A stretch of DNA of 64,000 nt from a candidate division FCPU426 bacterium (GTDB lineage: Bacteria > Oederibacteriota > JAAXVQ01 > JAUVAV01), in the NCBI GenBank assembly GCA_030637655.1, contig DAOWGI010000027.1, positions 57,576 to 121,575 on the forward strand, written 5' to 3'. The notes below the pieces were generated by a model. That model was not told the origin of the DNA, did not search any database, and was given only the letters and a program-made list of their open reading frames with translations. Shown here in pieces: positions 38,580 to 50,264 of the stretch. Positions within the stretch are counted from its first letter, which is position 1. Each line of letters opens with the position of its first letter. The position numbers and the translations under genes were made by a program.

Positions 38580-40103
38580 TTAGTGGCTGACCTCATAAAA
38601 TCCCCGGGTGGAGATGTTGGGTTCGCTGGTCAAATTGAGACCCAAACGCCGTAATCCAGCCTCATCACCGGGCGTGGGAATATGGGTCATGTGTACTTCG
38701 CACCCCTTCAGTTCTTTTAACTTTTCTAAAGCCGTTTTCGCGGTCGGATTGGTCGTTGCGCTGATACTCAACGCGATCAAGGCTTCGTCTAAATCCAGGC
38801 TGGCTGATTTTGATTGCATGATATCTTCTTTAAACTCGGATATAGACTCAATAATATTCCCGGACAATAAATGGATACTATCCGGCACACCTGACAGCTT
38901 TTTTGCTGCATTGAGAATTAAGCTGGACGCCGCATGCAGTAATGGCTTGTTCGTCCCTGTTTCAATGGAGCCATCCGGTAATTCTATGGCCGCACCGCAA
39001 TACACCCCTTGATGCCCTTTGCCTTTTTCCGGCGCTTCTGCGGCAGCCTTACGCGCAGCTCCAACCACCAAGCGGTCTTCCGGTTTGGCGTTGACTTCCT
39101 TCATTATAAGCTCTGCCCGTTGTACCGACTCGCTATCGCCCATGCCCAGGGTATACTCGCAACAGGCACGAAAATAGCGCCGGATGATTTCCTGGATAGC
39201 CGCCTGGCGCACAGCCTCGTCCTTGACAATCCCAAAGCCGGCCCGGTTCACACCCATATCCGTAGGTGATTTGTAGATGGATTCCGCACCGGTGATTTTT
39301 TCTAAAATCCGCTTCAAAACCGGGAAAATTTCTACATCCCGGTTGTAGTTAATGGTTTTTTCATTGTACGCTTCCAGATGCCAGGGATCAATTTCATTAT
39401 AATCCTTCAAATCCACGGTGGCAGCTTCATATGCCACATTAACCGGATGCTTGAGCGGAATATTCCAGATCGGAAAGGTCTCGAACTTGGCATACCCGGA
39501 TTCAATGCCCCGGATGTGATCATGATACATTTGGGAAAGGCAGGTCGCCAATTTACCGCTGCCCGGTCCGGGGCCGGTTACAATTACCAGCTTATTCTTG
39601 GTTTCCACATACTCATTTGCTCCATAGCCTTCTTCGCTCACAATCCTATCCACTTCCGTAGGATAGCCCTTGGTAAAATAATGCTTGTATACCGGTATGT
39701 TTTGTCGTTCGAGCCTGTTTTTAAATATCCGGACAGCCGGTTGATCCTCATAACGCGTTATGATTACCGCAGTTACTGCAATCCCCCAGTCTTTGAGATC
39801 ATCGATTAGTTTGAGCGCGTCTACATCATAGGTGATGCCAAAATCCGCGCGAACTTTACGTCGGGCAATATCTCCGGAATAGATGCAGAGAATAATGTCC
39901 GCCTCGTTCTTCATTTGCTGGAGCAAACGCATTTTGACGTTCGGATCAAATCCCGGCAACACACGCGAAGCATGCATGTCATACATAATTTTACCGCCAA
40001 ATTCCAGATACAATTTGTTGCTGAATTTTTCCAGGCGTTCCCGGATGGCTTCGGCCTGTTCTTTTAAATATTTTTCATTATCAAATCCAACTTCAATCGG
40101 CAT
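38580..40103 (-). CDS. DUF1846 (UPF0371) family protein
   Basis: GFDNEKYL, KLYLEFGGK, HASRVLPGFDP, GPGSGKLATCLSQ and GYAKFETFP. Confidence 0.9.
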   Translation of the reverse strand: MPIEVGFDNEKYLKEQAEAIRERLEKFSNKLYLEFGGKIMYDMHASRVLPGFDPNVKMRLLQQMKNEADIILCIYSGDIARRKVRADFGITYDVDALKLIDDLKDWGIAVTAVIITRYEDQPAVRIFKNRLERQNIPVYKHYFTKGYPTEVDRIVSEEGYGANEYVETKNKLVIVTGPGPGSGKLATCLSQMYHDHIRGIESGYAKFETFPIWNIPLKHPVNVAYEAATVDLKDYNEIDPWHLEAYNEKTINYNRDVEIFPVLKRILEKITGAESIYKSPTDMGVNRAGFGIVKDEAVRQAAIQEIIRRYFRACCEYTLGMGDSESVQRAELIMKEVNAKPEDRLVVGAARKAAAEAPEKGKGHQGVYCGAAIELPDGSIETGTNKPLLHAASSLILNAAKKLSGVPDSIHLLSGNIIESISEFKEDIMQSKSASLDLDEALIALSISATTNPTAKTALEKLKELKGCEVHMTHIPTPGDEAGLRRLGLNLTSEPNISTRGFYEVSH

Positions 40104-40416
40104 TATACGCTCCCTTATGATCACAAAAATGAATACTCCGGTCTTGGCAACAGGAGCGGAAATTTTATAACCGTTTCATTTAATTGTATATATTTTTTCA
40201 TTCTTGTCATTATTTTTCAATTTGCTTTGTCCCGTTCGGATTGTATGTTTTTTTGAGTAAACGCGTTTAAACGTGATAAGAATGGCTTGGGATAAACTAT
40301 CAGGAATGATTGCCGGATAAAAAAAGCGCACTTCCCTCGTACTGCTCCAACCAGCCCAAAATCACTTGAAGAAAAGCGCCTTTTTACAAAAAAATATATT
40401 TCACAAACCCCTTAGT

Positions 40417-40620
40417 TTAATTACGATAAAACGCTGCTTGGCGTTTAGGCCATTTTGACTTAATAAAAACAATGATTTTCTCGAATTTATTAGTATCTTT
40501 GGCAACCGCCTTAATAAACGCCTTACGCAGCTTTTCTCTTTCTACTGCCCGTATCAAATCTAAAGAAGCCTTATTCAACAGAACTAAATAATTGTTTTCA
40601 GTATCAGGAATCGGTAACAT
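40417..40620 (-). CDS. Small basic hypothetical protein (67 aa)
   Basis: GGGTGA RBS before the ATG; helical composition; hairpin with T-tail downstream. Confidence 0.45.
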   Translation of the reverse strand: MLPIPDTENNYLVLLNKASLDLIRAVEREKLRKAFIKAVAKDTNKFEKIIVFIKSKWPKRQAAFYRN

Positions 40621-40961
40621 TGGTATCACCCATTCTTTTGTTTATTTACTATAACTAAGTATAGCATACAAAACAACAAAAACCGAATTTAGGAGTTGAT
40701 ATTAAACCCTTTAAAAACAGACTTTTTATCCAATCGTCCCCCCTGTGTGTCTTCACGCTCACCTGAGTGGAGTCAATGTAAGTATAGACACCAAAAAACG
40801 TTTTTTGCTGAACCGTAATCACCCTCTTATCGTGCCGGCGCGAACACAATGGGCGTGAGACCATTACGGTGGATTCTAAAGTTTTCTTACTCAGAGCCGT
40901 TAATTTAATTGAGGCAACTGGCAGGGTTCGACAACACCTAAAATAAATGGAGACGTTAATC

Positions 40962-41522
40962 ATGGCCAGACATAAAGGCAATAGTATATTTACCCTGCGA
41001 AAATTATTTAAAACGAAAGGCGAGCCCTTTTTCCAAGCATTCCTGGGCCGGCTTTCCCCGGAAGCAAAAAAAGACTTTTTAAGCGCCATTTCCGTGACCT
41101 GGGTTGATATCGAAATTTATGCCGAAATCATAGAAAAAGCCGCACCGCTCATTTACCCGAACGATTCTAAGTGCCTTGAAAAACTGGGGACGTATCTGGT
41201 CAAAGAACATTTGCCAAAATTGTATAAGATTTTTTTTCCGGTTTTTTCCCTAAAATTTGTTATAACAAAATCCACTAGGATATGGCCTCACTATTATGAT
41301 ACGGGTGCTTCCCATATAGAAAATTTCGCGGTCAAGGAAGGGGGACAGGGGTATCGGCTAACTATGGTGGTAACTGGCTTTCCTGAATTACCCAAGGTTT
41401 TAAGAAAACTTGTCAGCGGCTGGATCTATGGAATGATGGAAATCTGCGGCGAAACTAATTTTATTATTAAGCTTGATGAAAGTAATCCCAACGCATGGAG
41501 TTGGACTGCAGACAACCGTTGA
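40962..41522 (+). CDS. Hypothetical protein, DUF2378/H-NOX-like fold suspected
   Basis: KG..., LSPE, W.D...Y, LG, YKIF and W..YYDTG pattern resembles the myxobacterial DUF2378 family; GGAG RBS. Confidence 0.6.
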   Translation: MARHKGNSIFTLRKLFKTKGEPFFQAFLGRLSPEAKKDFLSAISVTWVDIEIYAEIIEKAAPLIYPNDSKCLEKLGTYLVKEHLPKLYKIFFPVFSLKFVITKSTRIWPHYYDTGASHIENFAVKEGGQGYRLTMVVTGFPELPKVLRKLVSGWIYGMMEICGETNFIIKLDESNPNAWSWTADNR

Positions 41523-41633
41523 GCTGTGCAAATAGTTAAGAGTTCTGTTGATTACTCCTATCTCGGGTTGCACACAATTTCGCGCAGGCTTCTTTTAATG
41601 TTCATCACAAAAATGTGGAACATGGCAAGCTTT

Positions 41634-43277
41634 TTATTTCCTGCTTTTATAAAAATTGATTAATCCATTGGTTGAAGAATCATGGGTTGTAATGGTCGCG
41701 TCGCTCTCCAATTCAGGAATAATGGCCTTTGCCAGTACCTTACCCAGCTCTACTCCCATTTGGTCATATGAATTGATCCGCCAAATAATTCCCTGCGTAA
41801 ATATCTTGTTTTCATACAATGCGATTAAAGCGCCCAACGTCTCTGGTTTCAATTCCTTAAAAAACAACACATTGGAAGGAATATTTCCCAAAAAGGTTTT
41901 GGCCCGAACTAACGTTTCCGATTTTTCACCCTCAATACCTTGGGCTTCCAATTCCTCGCGCGCTTGCTCTTCGGTCTTGCCTTGCATCAAAGCTTCCGGC
42001 TGGGCAATGAAATTTGCCAGCAAATAGGTGTGGTGTTTTCCCAGCGGATTATGCGATTTTATTGGAGCTAAAAAATCACAGGGAATGAGCTTGGTGCCCT
42101 GATGAATCAGCTGATAAAAGGCATGCTGTCCGTTAGTTCCGGGTTCTCCCCAGATGATCGGGCCGGTGGAATAATCCACCCATTCTCCTGCTTTGTTCAC
42201 ACGCTTGCCATTGCTCTCCATATCGGCCTGCTGGAAATAGGCGGGAAAACGGGCCAGGTACTGGTCGTAGGGTAAAATCGCATGGCTTTCCGCCTGGAAA
42301 AAATTATTGTACCAAATACCCAGCAGCGCCATGAGCACCGGGATGTTTTCCTTGAATTCCGCAGTGCGAAAATGTTCATCCACCTGATGCGCGCCTGTTA
42401 GCATTGCTTCAAAATTGTCCATCCCAATGGCCAGGGCAATGGACAACCCAATGGCTGACCACAAGGAATAACGTCCTCCGACCCAGTCCCAGAATTCAAA
42501 CATATTTACCGTATCTATCCCGAATTTGGCAACTTCTTTGGCATTAGTGGACATGGCTACAAAATGCCTGGCCACTCTTTTTTCATCTTTGGCTGTCTGT
42601 AAAAACCAATCTCTGGCACTATGCGCATTGGCCATGGTCTCCAGGGTGGTAAAGGTCTTGGAGGCAATTAAAAAGAGCGTGGTCTCCGGATTAACACGCT
42701 TCAAGACCTCGGCAATATGCGTCCCATCCACATTGGATATAAAATGAAAATTCAAATCCGGCTGCACGTACGGGGTCAGGGCAGAAACCACCATCTGCGG
42801 CCCTAAGTCAGAGCCGCCGATGCCAAGATTAACCACATCTGTAATTCTTTTCCCCGTATATCCTTGCCATTCTCCTGAGCGCACTTTTTCAGTAAACACG
42901 CGCATTTTTGCCAATACTGCGTTTACTTTTGGCATGACATCCTGTCCATCCATCTGAATGGGCCGGTTGGAACGATTGCGCAGCGCGATATGCAAAACCG
43001 CCCGGTTTTCGGTGGTGTTAATCTTTTGACCTGAAAACATGGCATTTATTTTTTCTTTCACTCCTGTCTGTTCGGCTAATTGTATGAGCAGCAAAAGCGT
43101 TTCATCCGTAATCCGGTTTTTGGAATAATCAAAAAGAATGTCCTGAAAACACAGTGAGTATTTTCGGAACCGCTCCGGATCCGCGGCAAAGAGATCCCGC
43201 ATATGCGTATCCTTGCTGGACTGATAATGTTTAGATAGGGCTTGCCAGGCCGGGGAAGTTGTAAGTTGGGACATCAA
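41634..43277 (-). CDS. pgi: Glucose-6-phosphate isomerase
   Basis: [49 protein letters not shown] and DQMGVELGK. Confidence 0.98.
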   Translation of the reverse strand: MMSQLTTSPAWQALSKHYQSSKDTHMRDLFAADPERFRKYSLCFQDILFDYSKNRITDETLLLLIQLAEQTGVKEKINAMFSGQKINTTENRAVLHIALRNRSNRPIQMDGQDVMPKVNAVLAKMRVFTEKVRSGEWQGYTGKRITDVVNLGIGGSDLGPQMVVSALTPYVQPDLNFHFISNVDGTHIAEVLKRVNPETTLFLIASKTFTTLETMANAHSARDWFLQTAKDEKRVARHFVAMSTNAKEVAKFGIDTVNMFEFWDWVGGRYSLWSAIGLSIALAIGMDNFEAMLTGAHQVDEHFRTAEFKENIPVLMALLGIWYNNFFQAESHAILPYDQYLARFPAYFQQADMESNGKRVNKAGEWVDYSTGPIIWGEPGTNGQHAFYQLIHQGTKLIPCDFLAPIKSHNPLGKHHTYLLANFIAQPEALMQGKTEEQAREELEAQGIEGEKSETLVRAKTFLGNIPSNVLFFKELKPETLGALIALYENKIFTQGIIWRINSYDQMGVELGKVLAKAIIPELESDATITTHDSSTNGLINFYKSRK

Positions 43278-43279
43278 GA

Positions 43280-46200
43280 TTATTTTCCTTTCTTTTTTGC
43301 TGGTTGCTGCTGCGAAAAGGTTGTTTTATGAATGAAAACTTGCTCGTGCTTCGTTTTTTTAGAGAATATTATCTCCTCTGCACTCTCTTTACTAAACCAG
43401 CGTTTGCAGTGTATCCTGGCATTCATGGACATAACCAGAAAGCTGGGAATAATAAACAATGTAACGCCTGTGGCAAAAACCAGCCCCCAGGAAAAGACCA
43501 TGGCCATGGGACGAATAAAGGGCTCTTCCCCGCCAAACCAACCATAGGCCAAAGGAAACAAGCCGACTGCAGTGGTGACTGTGGTTAACATGACCGGACG
43601 CAGACGGGTTTTAGCGCCCTCCAACACAGCTTCTTCCACTGCTTTCCCTTCTTTAATAAGCTTTTTAATAAAGTTAACCAAAATCAGGGAATCATTGACC
43701 ACCACGCCGGATAAGCCTACAAACCCCATAAAAGCCATAAAAGAAATCGGCATCCCGTGAATAAGCAGGGTCAGCATGACTCCAATAAAACCAAAGGGTA
43801 TGGCCAGCATAATAATGAGCGGCTGAGCAATTGAATTGAACAGGGTCGCCAGGATAATAAAGATCAAGAAGACGGCCAGAATAAAGGCTTTGCCCAGATC
43901 CATAAATCCTTCCATCATTTCCTGGTGTTCGCCGCCCACTTCAAACTCAATGTCCGAAAATTTTTCCCGGAACGATTCCAATACTTTGAGCACTTTCCGG
44001 TTCACGGCATTGACCTTGGTCTTTTGTTGGTCAATGGACCCAATTACAGAAATCGAGCGGTTTCCGTCCTGGTGGATCAAGGTTGCAAAAGAAGCGCCTT
44101 TTTCCACCTCAACAATCTCTCTGAGCAAAATACGGTTCCCAAATTTGTTGGGCACACGCAGCTCCAGTAAATCATCAACGGTTTTAATGGATTGCTCGTT
44201 TACGCGTATCATTACATCAATATTCTCTCCGAGCTTTTTAATGGTTTTCAATTTAATCCCAGCCACTGCCGCGCGCAAAAGACTTCCGGCCTGAGTGAGA
44301 CTGACTCCTGCCAAACTGGCTTTGGCTTCATCAATTTTAAAACGAATCTCGGTTTTTCCTTCCTCAAAATCCGTCTTAATTTCTTTGACCGGTTGAAACA
44401 TTTTCGTCTTCGCTTTATTCTGTTCCTTGTTTGGAACCGGAACCTCAATGGCTTTGATGACTGCCAGTACTTCTTGAGAAACATTGTCTAAGGTTTCGTA
44501 ATCCTTCCCAATCACTTTCACATCAATAGCCGCCCCGGCCGGTGGACCGCCTTTCATGGCCTCAATATCTAATTCGCGTATACCCTCCGGCATACCGATC
44601 CACTCGCGCAGCTGATTGACAATCTTGTTCGCGTCCTTAATCCCGCGCTTATCCTCAATGTGCAACAAAACCATGATCTGAGCAATGTTGGGCGCGAACC
44701 TGGGCGGACCATGACGGTCATCGGCCATACCCACATAGCTGTTCACCACATCCAGGTCTTGGTCCGAGAGACGCATCACTTGTTTTTCAATATTCATCAC
44801 AGCACGTTCGGTATCGTCAACGGAATAGTCTTTGTCTGTTTTTAGGATAATGTTAATTTGCTGCATCTGCGCGTCCGTAAACACAATCCCGTTCTTCAGC
44901 TCAAAGAACGTAGCCACTACCAGCAAAATCAGAATCATCAAGGCAAACAACAGCCGCCGGTGCAACACCCAATTTAAAACCTTGCCATAAAACTCCCGCA
45001 ATATATCAAACCAATGTTCCTGGCGTGATTCCATACGTAAATCTTTCTTGGGTTTCACAAAATCCGCCAAATGCGAGGGCAGAATAATGAAGCACTCCAA
45101 CAAGGAGGCGGCTAAGGCAATAATGATCACTTTGGGAATAGCCGAAAGAAATTCGCCCATCATGCCGCCCACCAGAAGCAAGGGCGAGAAAGCGGCAATA
45201 GTTGTGGAGACTGAGGCAATGACCGGCATAAACATTTCCTGAGCTCCCGCCACTGCTGCTTCCAGGGGCGGTTTCCCTTCCTCAATATGGCGGTACACAT
45301 TTTCCCCAACCACAATCGCGTCATCCACCACCATACCCAGGACCATGATGTATCCCAAAATGGACATCATGTTTAACCCCATACCCATGCTATGGGCCAC
45401 GTAAAAAGCGCCGGCAAAAGCAACCGGCATGCCCAGGGCAGTCCAAAAAGCTACAGATGGCCGCAGCAACAGCAGCAACATAACCATCACTAGGACCGCT
45501 CCAAATAGGCCGTTGGAATAGAGTACTGTCAACCGGTTTTTCAAGTAGATGGACATATCATTGGAAAAGGTAATTTCCACACCTTCCGGCAATTCGTCCT
45601 TTATCTCCTTTACCAGTTTGCGCAGGTTCCGCACCATTTTGATGGTGTCATAATTTTTCTGTTTTTTGATTTCCAATAAAATGGCGCGTTTGCCTTGCGC
45701 GCGCATATAAAAATCCTCGTCCTTGTAGCCGTCCGTAACAATTGCCACATTACGAACACGGACATGATTGCCCATCTCATTGGACCGGATAATCACATTG
45801 CGTACATCTTGGGCATTATCCATGGGCAAGGACATGCGAATCGCGTTTTCACTTTTGCCAAACACTTTATTTCCGGCAGGCATGGATATGTCACGATCTT
45901 TCAGCACATTAATAAAATTGAACAGCGTCAGTCCATATTCCGAGAGTTTACGACGGTCCGCGTCCACCCAAATCGCCCGGTCATAGTAGCCGTTTTTAGT
46001 AACCTCTCCCACACCCTTTAGGTTTTCAAACTTGTCTTCCAAGTGTTTTGCCGCCGTGCGGAGTTCTGAATAATTTTTGCCGCCGGACACGGAAACATTT
46101 ATCAGAGGAAACATATCGGTCGAGATCTCTATTATTTCCGGATCTTCCACCTCATCCGGAAAATCCTGAATTTTGTCGATCTCATCTTTTACCTCATCCA

Positions 46201-46516
46201 GTACGGCTTTGACATCTTTAACACTGGGCAGCAACTCAATGCCGATCATGGAAAGTCCCTCACTGGACCAGGAGGTCATACGTTTCACACCCTCCACATC
46301 TTCTAAAGCATTTTCAATGGGTATGGTAATTAATTTCTCAATTTCACCGGCCCCGGCTTGCGGATAGACTACCCAGGCGGCAATGTAGCCAAACCTGATC
46401 TGGGGAAAGACTTCTTTGGCTGAGGTTAAAAAAGTATATCCGCCCACAATTAATATGAAGACTACCATCAAATTGACAAAAACACTCTTTTGCGCGAAAT
46501 AACGTATAAATCCCAT
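43280..46516 (-). CDS. RND efflux transporter permease (AcrB/AcrD/AcrF family)
   Basis: [19 protein letters not shown] and RLRPVMLTT; 1078 aa. Confidence 0.93.
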   Translation of the reverse strand: MGFIRYFAQKSVFVNLMVVFILIVGGYTFLTSAKEVFPQIRFGYIAAWVVYPQAGAGEIEKLITIPIENALEDVEGVKRMTSWSSEGLSMIGIELLPSVKDVKAVLDEVKDEIDKIQDFPDEVEDPEIIEISTDMFPLINVSVSGGKNYSELRTAAKHLEDKFENLKGVGEVTKNGYYDRAIWVDADRRKLSEYGLTLFNFINVLKDRDISMPAGNKVFGKSENAIRMSLPMDNAQDVRNVIIRSNEMGNHVRVRNVAIVTDGYKDEDFYMRAQGKRAILLEIKKQKNYDTIKMVRNLRKLVKEIKDELPEGVEITFSNDMSIYLKNRLTVLYSNGLFGAVLVMVMLLLLLRPSVAFWTALGMPVAFAGAFYVAHSMGMGLNMMSILGYIMVLGMVVDDAIVVGENVYRHIEEGKPPLEAAVAGAQEMFMPVIASVSTTIAAFSPLLLVGGMMGEFLSAIPKVIIIALAASLLECFIILPSHLADFVKPKKDLRMESRQEHWFDILREFYGKVLNWVLHRRLLFALMILILLVVATFFELKNGIVFTDAQMQQINIILKTDKDYSVDDTERAVMNIEKQVMRLSDQDLDVVNSYVGMADDRHGPPRFAPNIAQIMVLLHIEDKRGIKDANKIVNQLREWIGMPEGIRELDIEAMKGGPPAGAAIDVKVIGKDYETLDNVSQEVLAVIKAIEVPVPNKEQNKAKTKMFQPVKEIKTDFEEGKTEIRFKIDEAKASLAGVSLTQAGSLLRAAVAGIKLKTIKKLGENIDVMIRVNEQSIKTVDDLLELRVPNKFGNRILLREIVEVEKGASFATLIHQDGNRSISVIGSIDQQKTKVNAVNRKVLKVLESFREKFSDIEFEVGGEHQEMMEGFMDLGKAFILAVFLIFIILATLFNSIAQPLIIMLAIPFGFIGVMLTLLIHGMPISFMAFMGFVGLSGVVVNDSLILVNFIKKLIKEGKAVEEAVLEGAKTRLRPVMLTTVTTAVGLFPLAYGWFGGEEPFIRPMAMVFSWGLVFATGVTLFIIPSFLVMSMNARIHCKRWFSKESAEEIIFSKKTKHEQVFIHKTTFSQQQPAKKKGK

Positions 46517-46520
46517 GGCG

Positions 46521-48017
46521 TTACTCCTTTATAAAAGCTTGGCTGTAGTTGTTGTATTTACCGGTTAATTTTCTCCAGGTATTTAGGGCCTTGATAAATT
46601 CGAAATACGAGCTGATCTCAGAAAATTGCGCGCGGTGAAAATCACTTTGTGCCATAAGCAGCTCACGGGTAGTGATACGACCTTGGGAAAAATGACGGTT
46701 CTGAATAGTCAGGGTTTTTTCATACAGTTCCCGGGCCTCCACTTTGAGCTGATAATCCTGCTTAGCTGCCACCAGCGTCCGCTGCGCCATGCGAATTTGA
46801 AGCCTGATTATTTTACGCAACTCAACATAGCTCTCCTGCGCTTTTTCAAGCTCATTGTTTTTTGTGGTGATTTCTCCGGTGCTGGAACGGTTGGGCAGGT
46901 ACATGGTAAAATTAACCCCCAACGCGAAATTATTATACTCGTTGGAAAACATCTCGCTAAAACCACCTCCGGCCGTCCCATCCGACCCAACAATTCCGTA
47001 CTTGCCAAAAAGATTGAGCGAGGGCCAGGCGGCATTATCCGCAATGGTTTTGCTTAACCGCGCCATCTCCAGCGAGAGCTTGGAAATCTTCACTGCCGGT
47101 TGTTGGTCAACCAGCCTGGTTTCCCGCTCAGGTGTTAATTCAGCGGCAACTTCAATGTCTTTAGGTTCTTCAGCAGTTGTCAGCTGCAGGCCTTCCCATT
47201 GAGCCGCGGTAAATCCGGCCAAACTTAAAAAATTGTCTTTGGCGGTTTTTACGTTGTTTTCCGCCGGTGTTATTTCCGCCCGGGCGCTGAGCATGGCTGC
47301 CTTGGTTTGAAGGACATCTTTGTTTTCACGCAAACCAATCCGTTGCATGCGTAAGGTTTGGGCATAATACTGCTCTGATTCCGTTAAAGCTACTCTCTGA
47401 ACTACGAGAATTTTTGTCGTCATAGCAATAAAGTAATAGGCTGCCACCAACTTATCGACCTGGTCCTGCACTGTGTTCAACACGCTGGTCTTTGACAAGT
47501 CAATGCTAATGGCACCTATTTTTAAAGCTACTTGATCCGGACGGCCTAAAAAATCTTTCAGCAGGGGCTGCGTGTACGACAAAGATAATTCCGGTTGGTA
47601 GGTCGGATTGACACTGGAAGTAAACATGCGTAAGTCCAAACCCGGACTGCCGGCGCCTCCGGTATCCGCGTAGGTCAATCCGGTACGGGCCGAACTGAAA
47701 TCAAGACTCAAGAACCCGGCGGTCGGCAGCATCTCGGACAATGAGAGGTTGTACGCCAACACTTGAGTCCCTTCAGGAGCCAGCGCTGAGGTCGCTTCTG
47801 ACAAACTCTCGGAATAATTCATACCGCCGTCCAGTTTGAGATCAAACATGGCATAGGTTTTTTCCACTATGGCTTTAGCGATCTTAAAATCCGCTACTGC
47901 CTTTTTTATATGGGTATTGTTGTTCAAGGCCTGTTGAATAACCTCCGGCAGCCCGGCTGCCGCGGCCAAACCCACATTCAGCAATAGCAGGCTTACCAGT
48001 AATCCAACTGTTCTCAT
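46521..48017 (-). CDS. TolC family outer-membrane efflux protein
   Basis: Signal peptide, two OEP repeats (QPLL..., P.LNL.G.Y), located upstream of the RND gene. Confidence 0.88.
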   Translation of the reverse strand: MRTVGLLVSLLLLNVGLAAAAGLPEVIQQALNNNTHIKKAVADFKIAKAIVEKTYAMFDLKLDGGMNYSESLSEATSALAPEGTQVLAYNLSLSEMLPTAGFLSLDFSSARTGLTYADTGGAGSPGLDLRMFTSSVNPTYQPELSLSYTQPLLKDFLGRPDQVALKIGAISIDLSKTSVLNTVQDQVDKLVAAYYFIAMTTKILVVQRVALTESEQYYAQTLRMQRIGLRENKDVLQTKAAMLSARAEITPAENNVKTAKDNFLSLAGFTAAQWEGLQLTTAEEPKDIEVAAELTPERETRLVDQQPAVKISKLSLEMARLSKTIADNAAWPSLNLFGKYGIVGSDGTAGGGFSEMFSNEYNNFALGVNFTMYLPNRSSTGEITTKNNELEKAQESYVELRKIIRLQIRMAQRTLVAAKQDYQLKVEARELYEKTLTIQNRHFSQGRITTRELLMAQSDFHRAQFSEISSYFEFIKALNTWRKLTGKYNNYSQAFIKE

Positions 48018-48049
48018 AATATTTGCCTCCGTCCCGGCACGTTCCGTTC

Positions 48050-48520
48050 TTATTTACTCTGTGCTTGTCGATTTTTTTGTTTGCTTAATATGTGTTCAAT
48101 GGTCTGAATGGCTTGCATTAACTTGTCCCTTTCACTATCCGGTAAGGGACGTAAAATATTTGTGACATGCTCACGAAAATACTGATGTTTGGCGGCAAAC
48201 TCTTTTCTACCCTTGGGCGTTACTTCCAGCAGCACCAGCCGCCGATCATTAGGATCCTGCCGCCGTTTGATCATGCCCAAACGAACCAACCGGTTGGCCA
48301 TATCGGTCATAGTAGACATCACCACCCGGCTATACTCCGCCAGGGCGCGCATGGAGGTTGCCCCGTGTTCCATTAAATAATGCATAAGACGCAATTGACC
48401 CATAGTCATCCTGGTGGTTAACACCTCCGGCATTTTTATGACCTGCGCGTCCACGGCCTTATGAAACCGGGCGAACAATTCCATCAGATACTCCGCTTGT
48501 TGGGATATATTCTTTTTCAA
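48050..48520 (-). CDS. MarR family transcriptional regulator
   Basis: RLVRLGMIKRRQDPNDRRLVLLEVTPKG wing motif; TTG start after GAGGAG. Confidence 0.9.
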   Translation of the reverse strand: MKKNISQQAEYLMELFARFHKAVDAQVIKMPEVLTTRMTMGQLRLMHYLMEHGATSMRALAEYSRVVMSTMTDMANRLVRLGMIKRRQDPNDRRLVLLEVTPKGRKEFAAKHQYFREHVTNILRPLPDSERDKLMQAIQTIEHILSKQKNRQAQSK

Positions 48521-48541
48521 AGACCGCTCCTCAGCTATTAT

Positions 48542-48613
48542 TTCGAACATCAAAACATTTGATGTTCGAATAGTTTGGTGCCTGAACAATATCATTTTTT
48601 AAAGTACTTGTCA
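48542..48613 (-). promoter_or_regulatory. sigma70 promoter and probable MarR operator
   Basis: TTGACA-N16-TATTGT with extended TG; perfect 13-bp IR TTCGAACATCAAA-ACA-TTTGATGTTCGAA (48542-48570) between promoter and RBS. Confidence 0.75.
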
Positions 48614-48794
48614 ACTTCGACATTTCTCTTTCGGAAAACCTCAGTATCATGGATTTTAAGAGCAACAACCAGAACAAATCCGGATGGGATGATAATTTTT
48701 TTAACGAAATGGACTAAAGCAAATCCAAATAAATGCCGGGGTCAAAAGACCTATTCATTATTCGCAGACTCCGGGATACAGGTGCCTGGTGCAA

Positions 48795-49262
48795 TCAAGA
48801 GGTAATAATACTGTTGCTCTGAGACATCAGGACTTCATCGGTTTCGCGCAGACGTTTGACCAGTTTGGCGATAAACACTCTGAAAAATTTCAACGCTGCT
48901 TTGGGAACCGCAGCGGCAAATTCGGCAAAATCATCCGGTGTCAATTTATACAAGGTTGCACTGCCGCCGGCAATGGCGGTCGCGGATCTGGGTTGCGAAT
49001 CCAAAAAAGACATGTCTCCGAAAAAATTTCCTTCACTTAAAACAGCCAGTACTTTGGCACCCGCACCTTGACCCTTAATAATGTTAATCGTGCCGTCGGT
49101 GATAAAATAAAGCGCCTCGTCGTCTTTTTGTCCCTCGGCAAACAGAGTTTCGCAGTCTGAAAGACACACTTCCCGGCTATGCTCCGCTAATTTAGTCAAC
49201 TCTTCGTAAGAAAACGGTTTAAACAACTGAGTTGCCTGCAGTACTTTAACCAGATTCCCCAT
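48795..49262 (-). CDS. Stand-alone cyclic nucleotide-binding domain protein
   Basis: LFAEG, LYFI..G.I.I and FFGDMSFLDSQPRSATA; no HTH; AGGAGG RBS. Confidence 0.88.
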   Translation of the reverse strand: MGNLVKVLQATQLFKPFSYEELTKLAEHSREVCLSDCETLFAEGQKDDEALYFITDGTINIIKGQGAGAKVLAVLSEGNFFGDMSFLDSQPRSATAIAGGSATLYKLTPDDFAEFAAAVPKAALKFFRVFIAKLVKRLRETDEVLMSQSNSIITS

Positions 49263-49463
49263 ACCATCCCTCCTTGCCCAGCTGAGTTGATAAAAATTTG
49301 CTTTTACAGGATAGTGTAGCAAAGGCTGAAATAGTACGTCAACGGCAAAAATTCGGTCTGAAGCTGTCGTATTCTGACTGGTAAAAACTTTAATCTCAAT
49401 TGCTCCGCCATGCACAGCGTTTAAAATTTTGAAAGGAGGAAGTAGATAGTAGACCACATTTTC

Positions 49464-49491
49464 GTAGGGGCACAGCATGCTGTGCCCCTAC
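49464..49491. repeat. GTAG-type REP-like perfect palindrome
   Basis: GTAGGGGCACAGCATGCTGTGCCCCTAC, just downstream of tRNA-Leu. Confidence 0.7.
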
Positions 49492-49506
49492 AGCCTAGCG
49501 GAACGC

Positions 49507-49595
49507 TGGTGCCGAGGGCCGGTCTCGAACCGGCACGAACCTTTCGGTTCAGCGGATTTTAAGTCCGCTGCGTCTGCCTATTCCGCCACCCCGGC
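49507..49595 (-). tRNA. tRNA-Leu (TAA)
   Basis: GCCGGGGTGGCGGAATAGGCAGACGCAGCGGACTTAAAATCCGCTGAACCGAAAGGTTCGTGCCGGTTCGAGACCGGCCCTCGGCACCA: long variable arm, encoded CCA. Confidence 0.96.
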
Positions 49596-50171
49596 AGCTT
49601 CATGTGCATGGGCATAATAACAGAAATTGCACTGCCATTTTTCCTTTGAGAGCCGGATCATTTTATCAACCAATTCCCCAACCGGATTGTTGCGCGTGAC
49701 CAAATAATGCGCATAATGCATATGCAGACACTTGACGCCTTTGAGATCCGACACTCCGCCAATACCGACTTTTTCAATATATTTCAATGCGTTGTCTTCC
49801 GCCTTACGCAATCCGACCCTCACTTTATAATCCAAGAGTGTGCGTCTTATGTATATGTATTCTTGATGCGCTGCTTGCACTATTTCCGACAAGCCGCTAT
49901 TAGAGTTCACGTGCTCTTGAATTCGCCGAATAAAACCCTGATCTTCAATCTTGCCCACCAGGCGTACAGCTCCCGGACAGGTTAACCAGAAAACTGTTGG
50001 AAAAAAATCAGCATCCTGCTCTTTTTTTGAGAGTGGGTAATTAACACTGACTTGCGGACATTGATGTGGGCAGCGGCGTGCTACCCCGTGTAAATTTCGC
50101 GGTTCCCGCTGGATCTGTCTTGCTATGATCTCATTATCTTTTTTGGAAATCGTCTCCCAGTTCATCTTCAC
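49578..50171 (-). CDS. DUF501 domain protein
   Basis: QIQREPR, RC..CP.V, FPTVFWLTCP and GIGG...VKCLHMHYAH; downstream of ftsB. Confidence 0.88.
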   Translation of the reverse strand: MKMNWETISKKDNEIIARQIQREPRNLHGVARRCPHQCPQVSVNYPLSKKEQDADFFPTVFWLTCPGAVRLVGKIEDQGFIRRIQEHVNSNSGLSEIVQAAHQEYIYIRRTLLDYKVRVGLRKAEDNALKYIEKVGIGGVSDLKGVKCLHMHYAHYLVTRNNPVGELVDKMIRLSKEKWQCNFCYYAHAHEAAGVAE

Positions 50172-50264
50172 CGCGTATGCTTATGTTTATTTGTCAATAC
50201 ATCCGCACTTACTCTTTTCACCGCACCTTCGGGTATACCACGCCAAAAACGAAGCGTCAAGTCA

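Noticed and set aside
40812-40870. ACCGTAAT/ATTACGGT stem upstream of the DUF2378-like gene as a riboswitch
   Set aside because: Only an 8-bp closing stem with a weak interior and no known motif.
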